64,000 nucleotides of DNA, taken from an uncultured virus (IMG/VR IMGVR_UViG_3300042261_000615) (Duplodnaviria > Heunggongvirae > Uroviricota > Caudoviricetes). Shown piece after piece: positions 30,401 through 40,009 of this stretch (position 1 is the stretch's first letter; each line of letters starts with the position of its first letter). The translations under genes were made by a program, and so were the position numbers. The DNA is taken from the IMG/VR virus record IMGVR_UViG_3300042261_000615. One strand, written 5' to 3'. The notes beneath the pieces were generated by a model. That model worked only from the letters and a program-made list of their open reading frames with translations. It searched no databases and was not told the DNA's origin.

Positions 30401-31145
30401 CCAACTTTTTATCACCGGGAATATCTTGAGGTATATCCGATTTTCCTTGGAATGTATCAGTATCGGCATCCGGCATCTCCTTATTCACTTCCGATGATTT
30501 CTTTGGTTTGAAATCGGTTTCAGCATCCATTTGCGCCTGCTTAATCTGGTCTTTGACCTTTTGTTCACCATCACCATCACCACCCGGTTCAGCATCCTTA
30601 GCTAATTTGGTTTGAATCTGCTTTTCCTTTGAAAGCATTGCCGCCATCGCCGGGTCTGATTTGAACATATGCGATGTATCGGGCTGCTGTGGTGTGGTAT
30701 CCGTTTGAACCGCATCAGGTTTGGTTTTTACCTTTGGTTGCTGTGGAGTAGTACTCCCACCCTGACGTTCCGAACCCAAATCACGGTTTATGGCATCTCG
30801 TTCAGCACTACCCTCAGGCGGCAACAACCGTTCTGCGGCTTTACGTCCGGGCTGGTCTGCCGCCAAACGCAAAAGATTGCCGACCACTCCCTGTTTTGCC
30901 ACACCCTTTTTGTTTTTGTAAGTAATCACTTTGTTCAATTCAGGTGTTCTGAACCTTTTATCATCGGCTTCCGATAGCTGGGTAATATTATCAATCAATT
31001 CATATTTGACAGATTGTAATCCCATATCATCCAACACCTCACACAATACTGTTATGTGTTGTTCGTTGAATGGATTTGGCATACCATCGTTTACTCGGTA
31101 CGACCATTCCAATACGATATCATTTATAATTTCGGATATATTCAT
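27420..31145 (-). CDS. Large multidomain protein with a ParB/Srx-like domain
   Basis: LKATQSEL, PIYVSRDGYVVDGHHRWAA; low-complexity linkers; TATTTATA at 31181-31188. Confidence 0.6.
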   Translation of the reverse strand: MNISEIINDIVLEWSYRVNDGMPNPFNEQHITVLCEVLDDMGLQSVKYELIDNITQLSEADDKRFRTPELNKVITYKNKKGVAKQGVVGNLLRLAADQPGRKAAERLLPPEGSAERDAINRDLGSERQGGSTTPQQPKVKTKPDAVQTDTTPQQPDTSHMFKSDPAMAAMLSKEKQIQTKLAKDAEPGGDGDGEQKVKDQIKQAQMDAETDFKPKKSSEVNKEMPDADTDTFQGKSDIPQDIPGDKKLEVATKIDQLAKAAKDAKEKGEKAPNYNLCKVTIPGTNLYCDGNLGIPREDMPQFKGKPQEGTPAAKMKLDANGEVDTEPMFRALLKSKGVNVVDTEIPSDRLKATQSELVGAKVAGMAKALDTNPDHPSITAPIYVSRDGYVVDGHHRWAAMTSKAITDGKPVNMKVHVIDMDAKDIIPLANKFAEKVGIAAKKADANAEGPKKKVDNATDTKSVSKRIGQKIKDWSESEKEFFKKEEYKVESEFRRGLGKTLKEKAAGAVKSVKHGLKHETVEFKTAGVAVKNLFSGKKLNKHQKKALMNVGVKIATTALFGAAGGGVAHGTAAFSQHVASQLIPHVIGETILKGIGRAALFAGDMDVDADMVRFINLIADGIEKMKLEPSFMESVVDSYNDKTDGTITEDMQSVYDMHIKNPETGRNIKVSTALSYGEGHKVYPIAISLLRKHGISLKSDSSIDYNSSSNLLKSFIKNGFSASKGAPGSPGSMLNEIISISSATEYLNSTTEFDFNTALGKSINELKGSKLGDENTGDEPISGVTASDARDVSQKYGVSMQLASKTIAATRAAMNKYNWVRTHIIDKNGIGEYMCIPFFGDKGGLLSQSDMIRNTTGKVFLGNTEISKSDAIRIAISGGSGRNPSDTAIFVVDKSNGDMHMTYYSDKDNINAIVAQSSITAETSVKIGIIDELAADGKLNSATATYIKDIMNTSLKEYSTLETQLTNIVTAPMHHLKTQNINTLTHMAKTISKGADPEKYWKTQISGRFSNPNRKLGDRMVSDYLPAGHSTPPTDSEMMAAFINYSIDDSNVGNLTKPSQRIITDLSNSTNGPKIGSAIGDIRKKTIETDLKLIRELDKKKVVIAGVEVGIGTYLEANSVVDKLHLNIIFGGDGVFMDESAFVQESGGVTVSRNTLSKCIPYTNKDEMISHFEVGDEKEVIQKGSDSVSGSTKIVYAVTKDGKKYAIGEKRQRSKTGPLGKLQTVYNFHPELQKCLQSHNK

Positions 31146-31195
31146 AATTCCAATTGTTCCAATTATTTATATATTATAGGTATAAATATACGATT

Positions 31196-32482
31196 TTACA
31201 CTTTTCCATAATTTTCTCCCCATGATGTTTTGACTGGAAATCCACCACTCTCAATCAGTTCCCGCAACCCCAACAGAACGGATTTGTCACAATCCAACGG
31301 AACATCAAACAGAAACGAATCATATACATATAGACTGATACGTATGCCAGTACCATCGATGTATTTCAGTATTTTTGCCAGCATATCCATATTAAGTTCG
31401 GTTTCCATTGCTTGTAAAAGATAATTGAATACCTTTTGTGGGGTGGCATCCTCAATCCAATCCAACGGAATACGCCGATATCGGGTTTGCAGGTATCCCA
31501 ATTGTTTGGAAGTGCCCCACAACTTTTCAATGTATTCAGCCACCTTATCATAATATTCGATTTGCCGGAACTCATCAGGAATACCACCATACAACAATCG
31601 GAACGTAATACCCTTACCCTCACCATATTCACACCCATATTGGTCGGCCAACCATTGGTGTACGGAAGTTTTCGGCAATTCATATCCTATCAATTTACCG
31701 ATAATGCGTGGGTGATATGCATCATAGTCCATTTGCAGGAATATTCCGTCTGCCACGAAACAATCACGGCTACCATCGGATTTGTTCAATGCAGAGAAAT
31801 TCACCCCACCATGTCGGTTTGATGGTCGGCCGGTCACCGTAAACGGATTGTATTCGGTGTACACCCTACTATTTGGTGAAATATGCTTAGATGAATGGCT
31901 AAAACTATCTGTAAATTTTTTCCTATCGACCCCCACACCCCATTTCTCAATTTGAGATAATGTTGGAATGAATATTTTATCATACCAATTGTAACTATAA
32001 TTCGTATTATCTATACTGATATTATTGATAAATGAACGTATAGTTTCACACAATTTTAATATTGGTAACGATTGTATCAAATCATCTTTGTATCCATGTC
32101 TGGTTAGAATTGACATCACCGGTTGCAATATGGTATCATACTCAATCACCTTACCATTTTTCAAAAAATAAGCGGAATCAACATCATTTACATTGTCACC
32201 ATTGATAGATAATGATTGGATGAACTTCTTCTTTTGGAATGACCATATCTCCGTTGCATCATTAAATACATCGGTAATATCATCGATTTTCAGTGGAAGC
32301 ATATCCGTATGGTGTACGGAAACTATATATTCCGTTCCGCCGCATACTACAAATATAAATGAAAGTTTGGTATTGTATGGGTGTTTGGAATTATCAACCC
32401 ACATTGGAAAGCACACACACATATCGTGCTTAACGATGGATTTCAGTTCCATCAACTCATCGTATGTTTCTATTGTGCGCAT
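31196..32482 (-). CDS. Compact family-A DNA polymerase-like protein
   Basis: TVTGRPS, motif A MDYDAYHPR, motif B GKGITFRLLYG, NYLLQ, motif C YVYDSFLFD. Confidence 0.8.
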   Translation of the reverse strand: MRTIETYDELMELKSIVKHDMCVCFPMWVDNSKHPYNTKLSFIFVVCGGTEYIVSVHHTDMLPLKIDDITDVFNDATEIWSFQKKKFIQSLSINGDNVNDVDSAYFLKNGKVIEYDTILQPVMSILTRHGYKDDLIQSLPILKLCETIRSFINNISIDNTNYSYNWYDKIFIPTLSQIEKWGVGVDRKKFTDSFSHSSKHISPNSRVYTEYNPFTVTGRPSNRHGGVNFSALNKSDGSRDCFVADGIFLQMDYDAYHPRIIGKLIGYELPKTSVHQWLADQYGCEYGEGKGITFRLLYGGIPDEFRQIEYYDKVAEYIEKLWGTSKQLGYLQTRYRRIPLDWIEDATPQKVFNYLLQAMETELNMDMLAKILKYIDGTGIRISLYVYDSFLFDVPLDCDKSVLLGLRELIESGGFPVKTSWGENYGKV

Positions 32483-32491
32483 ATGTAATCA

Positions 32492-32528
32492 CAAATATAC
32501 AAAAAAAGCTTGGAATTACCAAGCTTTT
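32492..32528 (-). promoter_or_regulatory. Bacteroidota-type promoter overlapped by a terminator-like inverted repeat
   Basis: TATATTTG at 32492-32499; aaaagcttgg...ccaagctttt. Confidence 0.6.
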
Positions 32529-32539
32529 AATGATGTTTT

Positions 32540-32659
32540 TCACATTGATTTATATTTCCTAAGAGTTTCAACCGTATTAGCTATTATTTTATGCAGCTTT
32601 CTACGATTTTTCATATTTGGTTTCCGATGGGATACCTTTTGCCGTTTACTTTTCGCCAT
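32540..32659 (-). CDS. 39-aa highly basic small protein
   Basis: Manual translation MAKSKRQKVSHRKPNMKNRRKLHKIIANTVETLRKYKSM; TATTTATA at 32685-32692 upstream and a hairpin downstream. Confidence 0.5.
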   Translation of the reverse strand: MAKSKRQKVSHRKPNMKNRRKLHKIIANTVETLRKYKSM

Positions 32660-32697
32660 AACTGTTGAATTTAGTGATTACTCATATAAATATGGTA

Positions 32698-33213
32698 TTA
32701 TCTAAAATAAGTAATATTATCAAATCCTTCCAATTTTGTTGGAGCTTCATACGATGACATCATACTATCTACAACATCCAACCCAACACGCTTACCGGTT
32801 TCCTTTTCTCGCTTTTCCAAACGTCGTATCAACTCATCTCTGGATACTTTGAATACAACTGCGTTCTTAATATAACCTTTTGGTACGCGTGATAGAATTT
32901 TGTTTCTACTACCTTTATTCATATTAGTCATGTCCACAACAATATCTTTACCCGAACTTAATGTTGAATTTATATGAGATTGTAGTTCTGAATTTACTGT
33001 TTTCTGAAATGGTTGGTCTTTGAATGTTTCCGAATAACTCATACCAGTACCACGTCTCAATCTGTCCACAATATCATCGCGTGATATTATAGTAGCACCC
33101 TTTCCGTATTGTGAAACCCATGTACTTTTACCACTAGCCGGCGGCCCTATCAAAAACGTAATAGTAGGTTGTGGTGATTCTATCAAATTACTAAGTGGTA
33201 TCATATTATTCAT
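32698..33213 (-). CDS. P-loop kinase, polynucleotide-kinase-like
   Basis: IGPPASGKST, ISRDDI, VVDMTN..R, RLEKR. Confidence 0.85.
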   Translation of the reverse strand: MNNMIPLSNLIESPQPTITFLIGPPASGKSTWVSQYGKGATIISRDDIVDRLRRGTGMSYSETFKDQPFQKTVNSELQSHINSTLSSGKDIVVDMTNMNKGSRNKILSRVPKGYIKNAVVFKVSRDELIRRLEKREKETGKRVGLDVVDSMMSSYEAPTKLEGFDNITYFR

Positions 33214-33236
33214 ATATCGATTATAGATATAAATAT

Positions 33237-33261
33237 AAAAAAGGGAGTTTTTCGACTCCCT
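33237..33261 (-). terminator. Terminator after groEL
   Basis: agggagt...actccct with U tract. Confidence 0.7.
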
Positions 33262-33266
33262 TAGTA

Positions 33267-34886
<1,620 letters not shown>

Positions 34887-34910
34887 TTATTTTTATTATG
34901 TATATTTTTA

Positions 34911-34942
34911 CAAAATTACAAAAAAAGTTCGGATTTTCCAAA
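34911..34942 (-). promoter_or_regulatory. Bacteroidota-type promoter for groEL
   Basis: TTTG-N20-TAATTTTG. Confidence 0.6.
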
Positions 34943-35026
34943 CTTTTTATAATTTTTTTTATAATTGGTCGTTTCCAACCATATATAAATATATATATTT
35001 TTCAGAAAACGATAAAAAAATCAGAA

Positions 35027-35389
35027 TTATTCAGTAATTTGTGCAAATTGTAATAAATATGGCAAATACATAGATATATTCTTCATTTTTTCCGAAGCTA
35101 TCCGTATAGATGCTGCATTTGAATTCATAATATCAGGTTTACTACCGGTTAATCTCCAATCTAATTCAACCACATTATATAATGGATTTGCTTTTATAGC
35201 ATGAGTACCATTCAAATCAATTTCATAAATTGGAGAATTTATATCATTGTACCGTTGAGTAAAATAACGTTCAATATAACCGCGCTTATAATCACTTTTT
35301 GTGGGTGATGGTATGTATGGTTTGATATTTATTTGCGTTAAAGATACCACACTATGTAAATTTAGTGATGTATATAAAGAAGTATCCAT
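35027..35389 (-). CDS. Hypothetical protein in the baseplate module
   Basis: 120-aa ORF, context only. Confidence 0.55.
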   Translation of the reverse strand: MDTSLYTSLNLHSVVSLTQINIKPYIPSPTKSDYKRGYIERYFTQRYNDINSPIYEIDLNGTHAIKANPLYNVVELDWRLTGSKPDIMNSNAASIRIASEKMKNISMYLPYLLQFAQITE

Positions 35390-35424
35390 AATTCTATTTA
35401 TATTTGTTGATTACATTTTATATA

Positions 35425-37848
35425 TTATCTGACTGGTGATTTTGTATTTCTACGCCAACCACCCTTCACCTCAGTTACCCATTGGTTATCACTTATTGTA
35501 TGGGTTATGGATAGTACTTGGAAAAACCCATCCGTACTATATTTGGATGGCAATCCATTCACTTTGAATCGGTTTCCACGAATTATACCACTCACCCCAT
35601 GTACTTTGAATGTAAAATCAATAGGCATAAGTGCCGATACCATTGCACTATCACGACTATGCAAATCATAGGCATACTTAAACCCATCAAACACAATAGG
35701 GTCATCAAAACAATCGAAATATAAACAATTTGACCACGAATCCCTACCAATATCTGCTTTTTGTATCTTGAATTTGGGATACACTCCGATTTTTCCCAAA
35801 TATTTTTTAACCTGTTCGGCAGATTTTTCAGATTGGGCCTCATTTCGAATCATCTCATCAGCCGGCGCTCTAAGTGATGCCGCATATTGTGTGTCGTATG
35901 CATATGTTGTAGTTGGTTGTTGAGTTGTTGTAGATGTGGGTGTTACAGAACTATTCATTGTAAAATTAACCTTATTCCACAAATTAGCGGTAATCGCTTT
36001 TGTATTTGATTGTGCCTTAGTGGGAGATTGTAGTGATATTGGTTTTGAAGTATCAGCCGCTTTAATAGTTTTCTTATTAGTATTTGATGTATCAGATGAT
36101 AATAATTTATCAGTATAATTTGAGAACAATCCAATGTATGGTTGAGATACATTAGCACCAGCATTTAATTTTGAAGCTATAATCTGATTACGTTTTGCAC
36201 CGGATATGTCCAAGTCAAGAGATGCTTCCATAAAAATAGAATCAGATCCGTTTATATCAAATTCATATATAGTATTATCTGAGTTGGATAGTAGATTCAT
36301 TTCAATAACCGAAAGTTGATTTGATTTTGAGGCATCGGTTATTTGAAAATCCCATATACCATTCACAGCGGATGACACGCCATTTAATATTTGATATACC
36401 GCATCTTTTAGACTTAGATTTGGAGTCTTTATAATATCATTAAAAAATTGAAGATTGATGTACAAATCCTTAAGATACCCCCAAGTGTGGGCTGAAAATA
36501 TATTCGATTTATTCTTAGTCTCATCCATTTGTTGGGGGAACGTTATAGTACCGATACTGCAATCGGATACGGAATCCCTTTTCAACTCATCTGTGGATTT
36601 TATTGCGTTCGCAAAATTAGGTGTATTTGGGTTTGGTATGAATAACTTTGTTTTATCCATACTAAATATGTTCTCAAATGCCGATATTCTAGTTTCGGAT
36701 ATATCAATACTCATATTGACATTGGTATCACCTAATTTAATTTTCGGAAATTGTACATCATTCAATATCTTAAACAACAATTCAGCTCGCACAAACCGAT
36801 TATCATCTACTATTTCAGTACCCACTGGTAGTTCAACGCCTGCTAATTTAGCCTCTTTAGAAAATATCCAAAATCCACTACCATTTGAGTTACTATTTAT
36901 TTCCGATCTAATATCCTCATCAAAATTTATATAGTTTCCCTGCCAACTCACCTTATTAAATATAAGAGCACCGGTATCACCTATATTCGAGTTTATCTTA
37001 CCATCCATCAGATTCTTAACAGATGTAATCTTCCTATTTTCAGGAAGGTCGTTAAACATAAGCATAAAGAACTTTTTACCAAAATCTGTTTGTGCATTTA
37101 TGTCACTTTGACTGAAATCCTGCTCACGACTGGCATTTAACGTATTTGTATCCGGCGATTCAGTAGTTTGGGTAGTATTCGATACATTCAAGAATGCAGG
37201 CAAATCGGTATATCCAGAGCATTTTACATTCACATCCCAAAACATACCATTCGCTGATATACTACCACCGATAATAAATCCTAAATAATTATCATAATGA
37301 CCTTTTGTTTTTTTTCGTTTAGCAACCAAACTCTCATGTGTTGTAAACGTTGATATGGTTTTGGCGTAATTATCGTTTATATCCACTATACCCGATGTAC
37401 CATCTGACGTATTCCAACCCCATTCTATGAAAACACCAAAACCCGGTTCCAAAAAATATTTGCATATGGTATCCAACTGACCTGTTGTGTATGCGGTTAT
37501 AGTAAATTCGGCTTTACGTGATATACCACCAGCAGCTTCATCCACTGTCAAGTTGGATATAGTTGGTCTAGTTCTGTACGCTACATCCTTTGCCGTGTCG
37601 GCATAAACTGGCCGACCACCCCAATCAATTCCTACAGTACCACTGCGTGAAGAATTACCATACATGGATGTGGTATCGCCTGTTAAGGAAAAATCGGGAT
37701 TCGATTCTATAATCAACCCATTATCGGCACCGGATACCAATCGAATCCAAGGTACAAACGATGATATATATTGGGTATTATGCTTACGTTTTACAAATTC
37801 ATCCGTTATATATCCGTCCAAATCACTGAAATACGGAAAATTAGCCAT
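35425..37848 (-). CDS. Putative baseplate hub / tail protein
   Basis: FIEWGWN near the N-terminus; C-terminal G...FQVLSITHTI..NQWVT like hub proteins; follows the LysM gene. Confidence 0.55.
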   Translation of the reverse strand: MANFPYFSDLDGYITDEFVKRKHNTQYISSFVPWIRLVSGADNGLIIESNPDFSLTGDTTSMYGNSSRSGTVGIDWGGRPVYADTAKDVAYRTRPTISNLTVDEAAGGISRKAEFTITAYTTGQLDTICKYFLEPGFGVFIEWGWNTSDGTSGIVDINDNYAKTISTFTTHESLVAKRKKTKGHYDNYLGFIIGGSISANGMFWDVNVKCSGYTDLPAFLNVSNTTQTTESPDTNTLNASREQDFSQSDINAQTDFGKKFFMLMFNDLPENRKITSVKNLMDGKINSNIGDTGALIFNKVSWQGNYINFDEDIRSEINSNSNGSGFWIFSKEAKLAGVELPVGTEIVDDNRFVRAELLFKILNDVQFPKIKLGDTNVNMSIDISETRISAFENIFSMDKTKLFIPNPNTPNFANAIKSTDELKRDSVSDCSIGTITFPQQMDETKNKSNIFSAHTWGYLKDLYINLQFFNDIIKTPNLSLKDAVYQILNGVSSAVNGIWDFQITDASKSNQLSVIEMNLLSNSDNTIYEFDINGSDSIFMEASLDLDISGAKRNQIIASKLNAGANVSQPYIGLFSNYTDKLLSSDTSNTNKKTIKAADTSKPISLQSPTKAQSNTKAITANLWNKVNFTMNSSVTPTSTTTQQPTTTYAYDTQYAASLRAPADEMIRNEAQSEKSAEQVKKYLGKIGVYPKFKIQKADIGRDSWSNCLYFDCFDDPIVFDGFKYAYDLHSRDSAMVSALMPIDFTFKVHGVSGIIRGNRFKVNGLPSKYSTDGFFQVLSITHTISDNQWVTEVKGGWRRNTKSPVR

Positions 37849-37854
37849 AACCTA

Positions 37855-38145
37855 TTATGTATTAAAATTTGATATAATTTGTCTATAATTTTGGGGAATT
37901 CGTAGAATCGTACCATCAGCCAATCCTAAGTGCGCATTGTGTATATTATTTGCACATGCGATAATCCACCATAATGATGAATCTCCATAATATTGTGATG
38001 CCAATGTATCGAGACGGTCGCCTGTTTCACTCATTACGTATACATCGGTAGAACTTAATGGTATGTTCGGATATATCCTACTTCTATACACAGTCCTACC
38101 ATCGATTGATTTTTTCAGTTGATTGCTTCTATATCTCATACTCAT
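37855..38145 (-). CDS. LysM-like baseplate protein
   Basis: GDRLDTLASQYYGDSSLWWIIACAN...GTILRIP. Confidence 0.85.
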   Translation of the reverse strand: MSMRYRSNQLKKSIDGRTVYRSRIYPNIPLSSTDVYVMSETGDRLDTLASQYYGDSSLWWIIACANNIHNAHLGLADGTILRIPQNYRQIISNFNT

Positions 38146-39998
38146 CCAAAATTATAAAGTGCATTTGTACCAGTTTTTGTTGTAGTATTATTACGACTTT
38201 CCAAAAATTTAAGGCTGACGCTCACCTTTATCATACGCGGTAGTGTATATTTTTCAACATCGGTAGTCGCTCCGCCTGCCGACAATGGTAATTTACCAAT
38301 TTCCCACCCCGCATTATCTTCCATTGACCAATTCAGTGAATCTATAATACATATCTTATTTTTATACAAATCACCAATGGTCACTTTTATTATTGGAGCA
38401 ACAACAGCGGATGCATTTTCTGTATAACTTGATGGATATACAAGAGATGTCAATGCTGAAACTCTCGTCCACATTTGTCGGTGTTGAGATGAATTGTTGG
38501 AATATACCGTAAAATCAAAACTTATACTACGTTCAACCCCAGTATAGTTATAATAATTAAATGGGTTTCCTATAAATCGATTACTATCCCACGACGGAGT
38601 TGAGGTTTCTTGCAATCCGGTTATGGTAGCTGGAAAATATAAAGTACTATCACTACCTGCATCAGGTTCACCTATTTTTGCAAATTTTATAAGTATAAAA
38701 TCCTTTGTAAGTGCATTCTCATCATTGGAGACATTATCAAATATCGTACCATTAGCTTTAGATGATGAAAAATATGTTGTTGCATAATCGGCGTCGGATT
38801 TCACCGAATACATAAGTAACTTTGCCTTTGGACTGTATTTATCTTTCAATTCTATCAAGTCCAATTTAGGTATCGCAGAATCACCAAATGTACGACCATA
38901 TTCCGAGTTATCTAAGTTTTTATCATAATTATAGGCAGGTTTCAATGGGTTGGATTTATTCTTCAAAACTGCATCATAGAATGCCATTAATAGACTGGTA
39001 TCGTTACCGCTAGTATATCCTGATACGTTACTACTATATAAATTATCCGAAGTATAGATTGAATTTGTAAAATGTTTAGTTATACCAATAGCCAATTTAG
39101 TTTGTGTGTGCGGCTCAGATAGTGACAAATAATATAAAGCATCATCATAAAACCCGTCAGAATTAAATGGTTTAAGTATGGTATCACGTTTAGTTATATC
39201 ACCCATCGTTGGAGTTTCACCAATCTTATAACGTAGTGAACCAAATGGCGTTAATAATGATGTAGGATACGACCCTAGTGGTTTACTAACCGATGAATCC
39301 GGATTACTACCATCTTTCAACGCCTTTAGCAGAGATTTAGAAAAATGGTTCATATCCAATTCAGGTGGTGTCGTTTTACTCAAATTCATATCGATGACAT
39401 CCAATGTCGATATACCAAGTGTTTGACCCGCAATCTGTTTAGGAGTATCTTTACCATACACAACCGGTATTGATAGAGTATGTAATGCCGCCAATCCACC
39501 CACAGTTTCTTCCAAAAAGGTTTCCTTAGTTGCAGGTGAAATACCTGTCTTAGCCAATCCGTTACGTAACTTAGTATATGCCCAAAGTGATGGTTGTGTT
39601 GGTATTGATACATTACCGCCATTCACAATATTGTTACTATACCCAGTCAAATCGTTCAGCATTGGATTTCGTATATCATATTTATCCTTTGCAAGTTTAT
39701 CCGAATTTGGTAACTTTTCAGTTAAAAACGAATTCAATATCATCGATTGATTTGGGGTTGTCCTTAAATCGGAAGCATAAAATGGTTTTGCGATTATATC
39801 ATCAGCTTGCTTTGCAGTAAATGAGGTATAAAGTGGATTCTTAACCTTAATATCGGAAAAATTCGATTGCATAGGACTGTTATTCGTATTGACTTTCGCA
39901 TCATACGGATTTTCAGCCCCAACCACACTTGCTGCGGCAGTCTTATTGGTATTGGTTAATACCTGTGTTACAAATAATTCCCTTAAAGTCTTTGCCAT
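38142..39998 (-). CDS. Putative tail tube initiator / baseplate protein
   Basis: C-terminal FPATITGL...W...GNPFNYYNYTGVERSISFDF...P; lies between the tape measure and LysM genes. Confidence 0.55.
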   Translation of the reverse strand: MAKTLRELFVTQVLTNTNKTAAASVVGAENPYDAKVNTNNSPMQSNFSDIKVKNPLYTSFTAKQADDIIAKPFYASDLRTTPNQSMILNSFLTEKLPNSDKLAKDKYDIRNPMLNDLTGYSNNIVNGGNVSIPTQPSLWAYTKLRNGLAKTGISPATKETFLEETVGGLAALHTLSIPVVYGKDTPKQIAGQTLGISTLDVIDMNLSKTTPPELDMNHFSKSLLKALKDGSNPDSSVSKPLGSYPTSLLTPFGSLRYKIGETPTMGDITKRDTILKPFNSDGFYDDALYYLSLSEPHTQTKLAIGITKHFTNSIYTSDNLYSSNVSGYTSGNDTSLLMAFYDAVLKNKSNPLKPAYNYDKNLDNSEYGRTFGDSAIPKLDLIELKDKYSPKAKLLMYSVKSDADYATTYFSSSKANGTIFDNVSNDENALTKDFILIKFAKIGEPDAGSDSTLYFPATITGLQETSTPSWDSNRFIGNPFNYYNYTGVERSISFDFTVYSNNSSQHRQMWTRVSALTSLVYPSSYTENASAVVAPIIKVTIGDLYKNKICIIDSLNWSMEDNAGWEIGKLPLSAGGATTDVEKYTLPRMIKVSVSLKFLESRNNTTTKTGTNALYNFG

Positions 39999-40009
39999 TA
40001 CATCTTATA

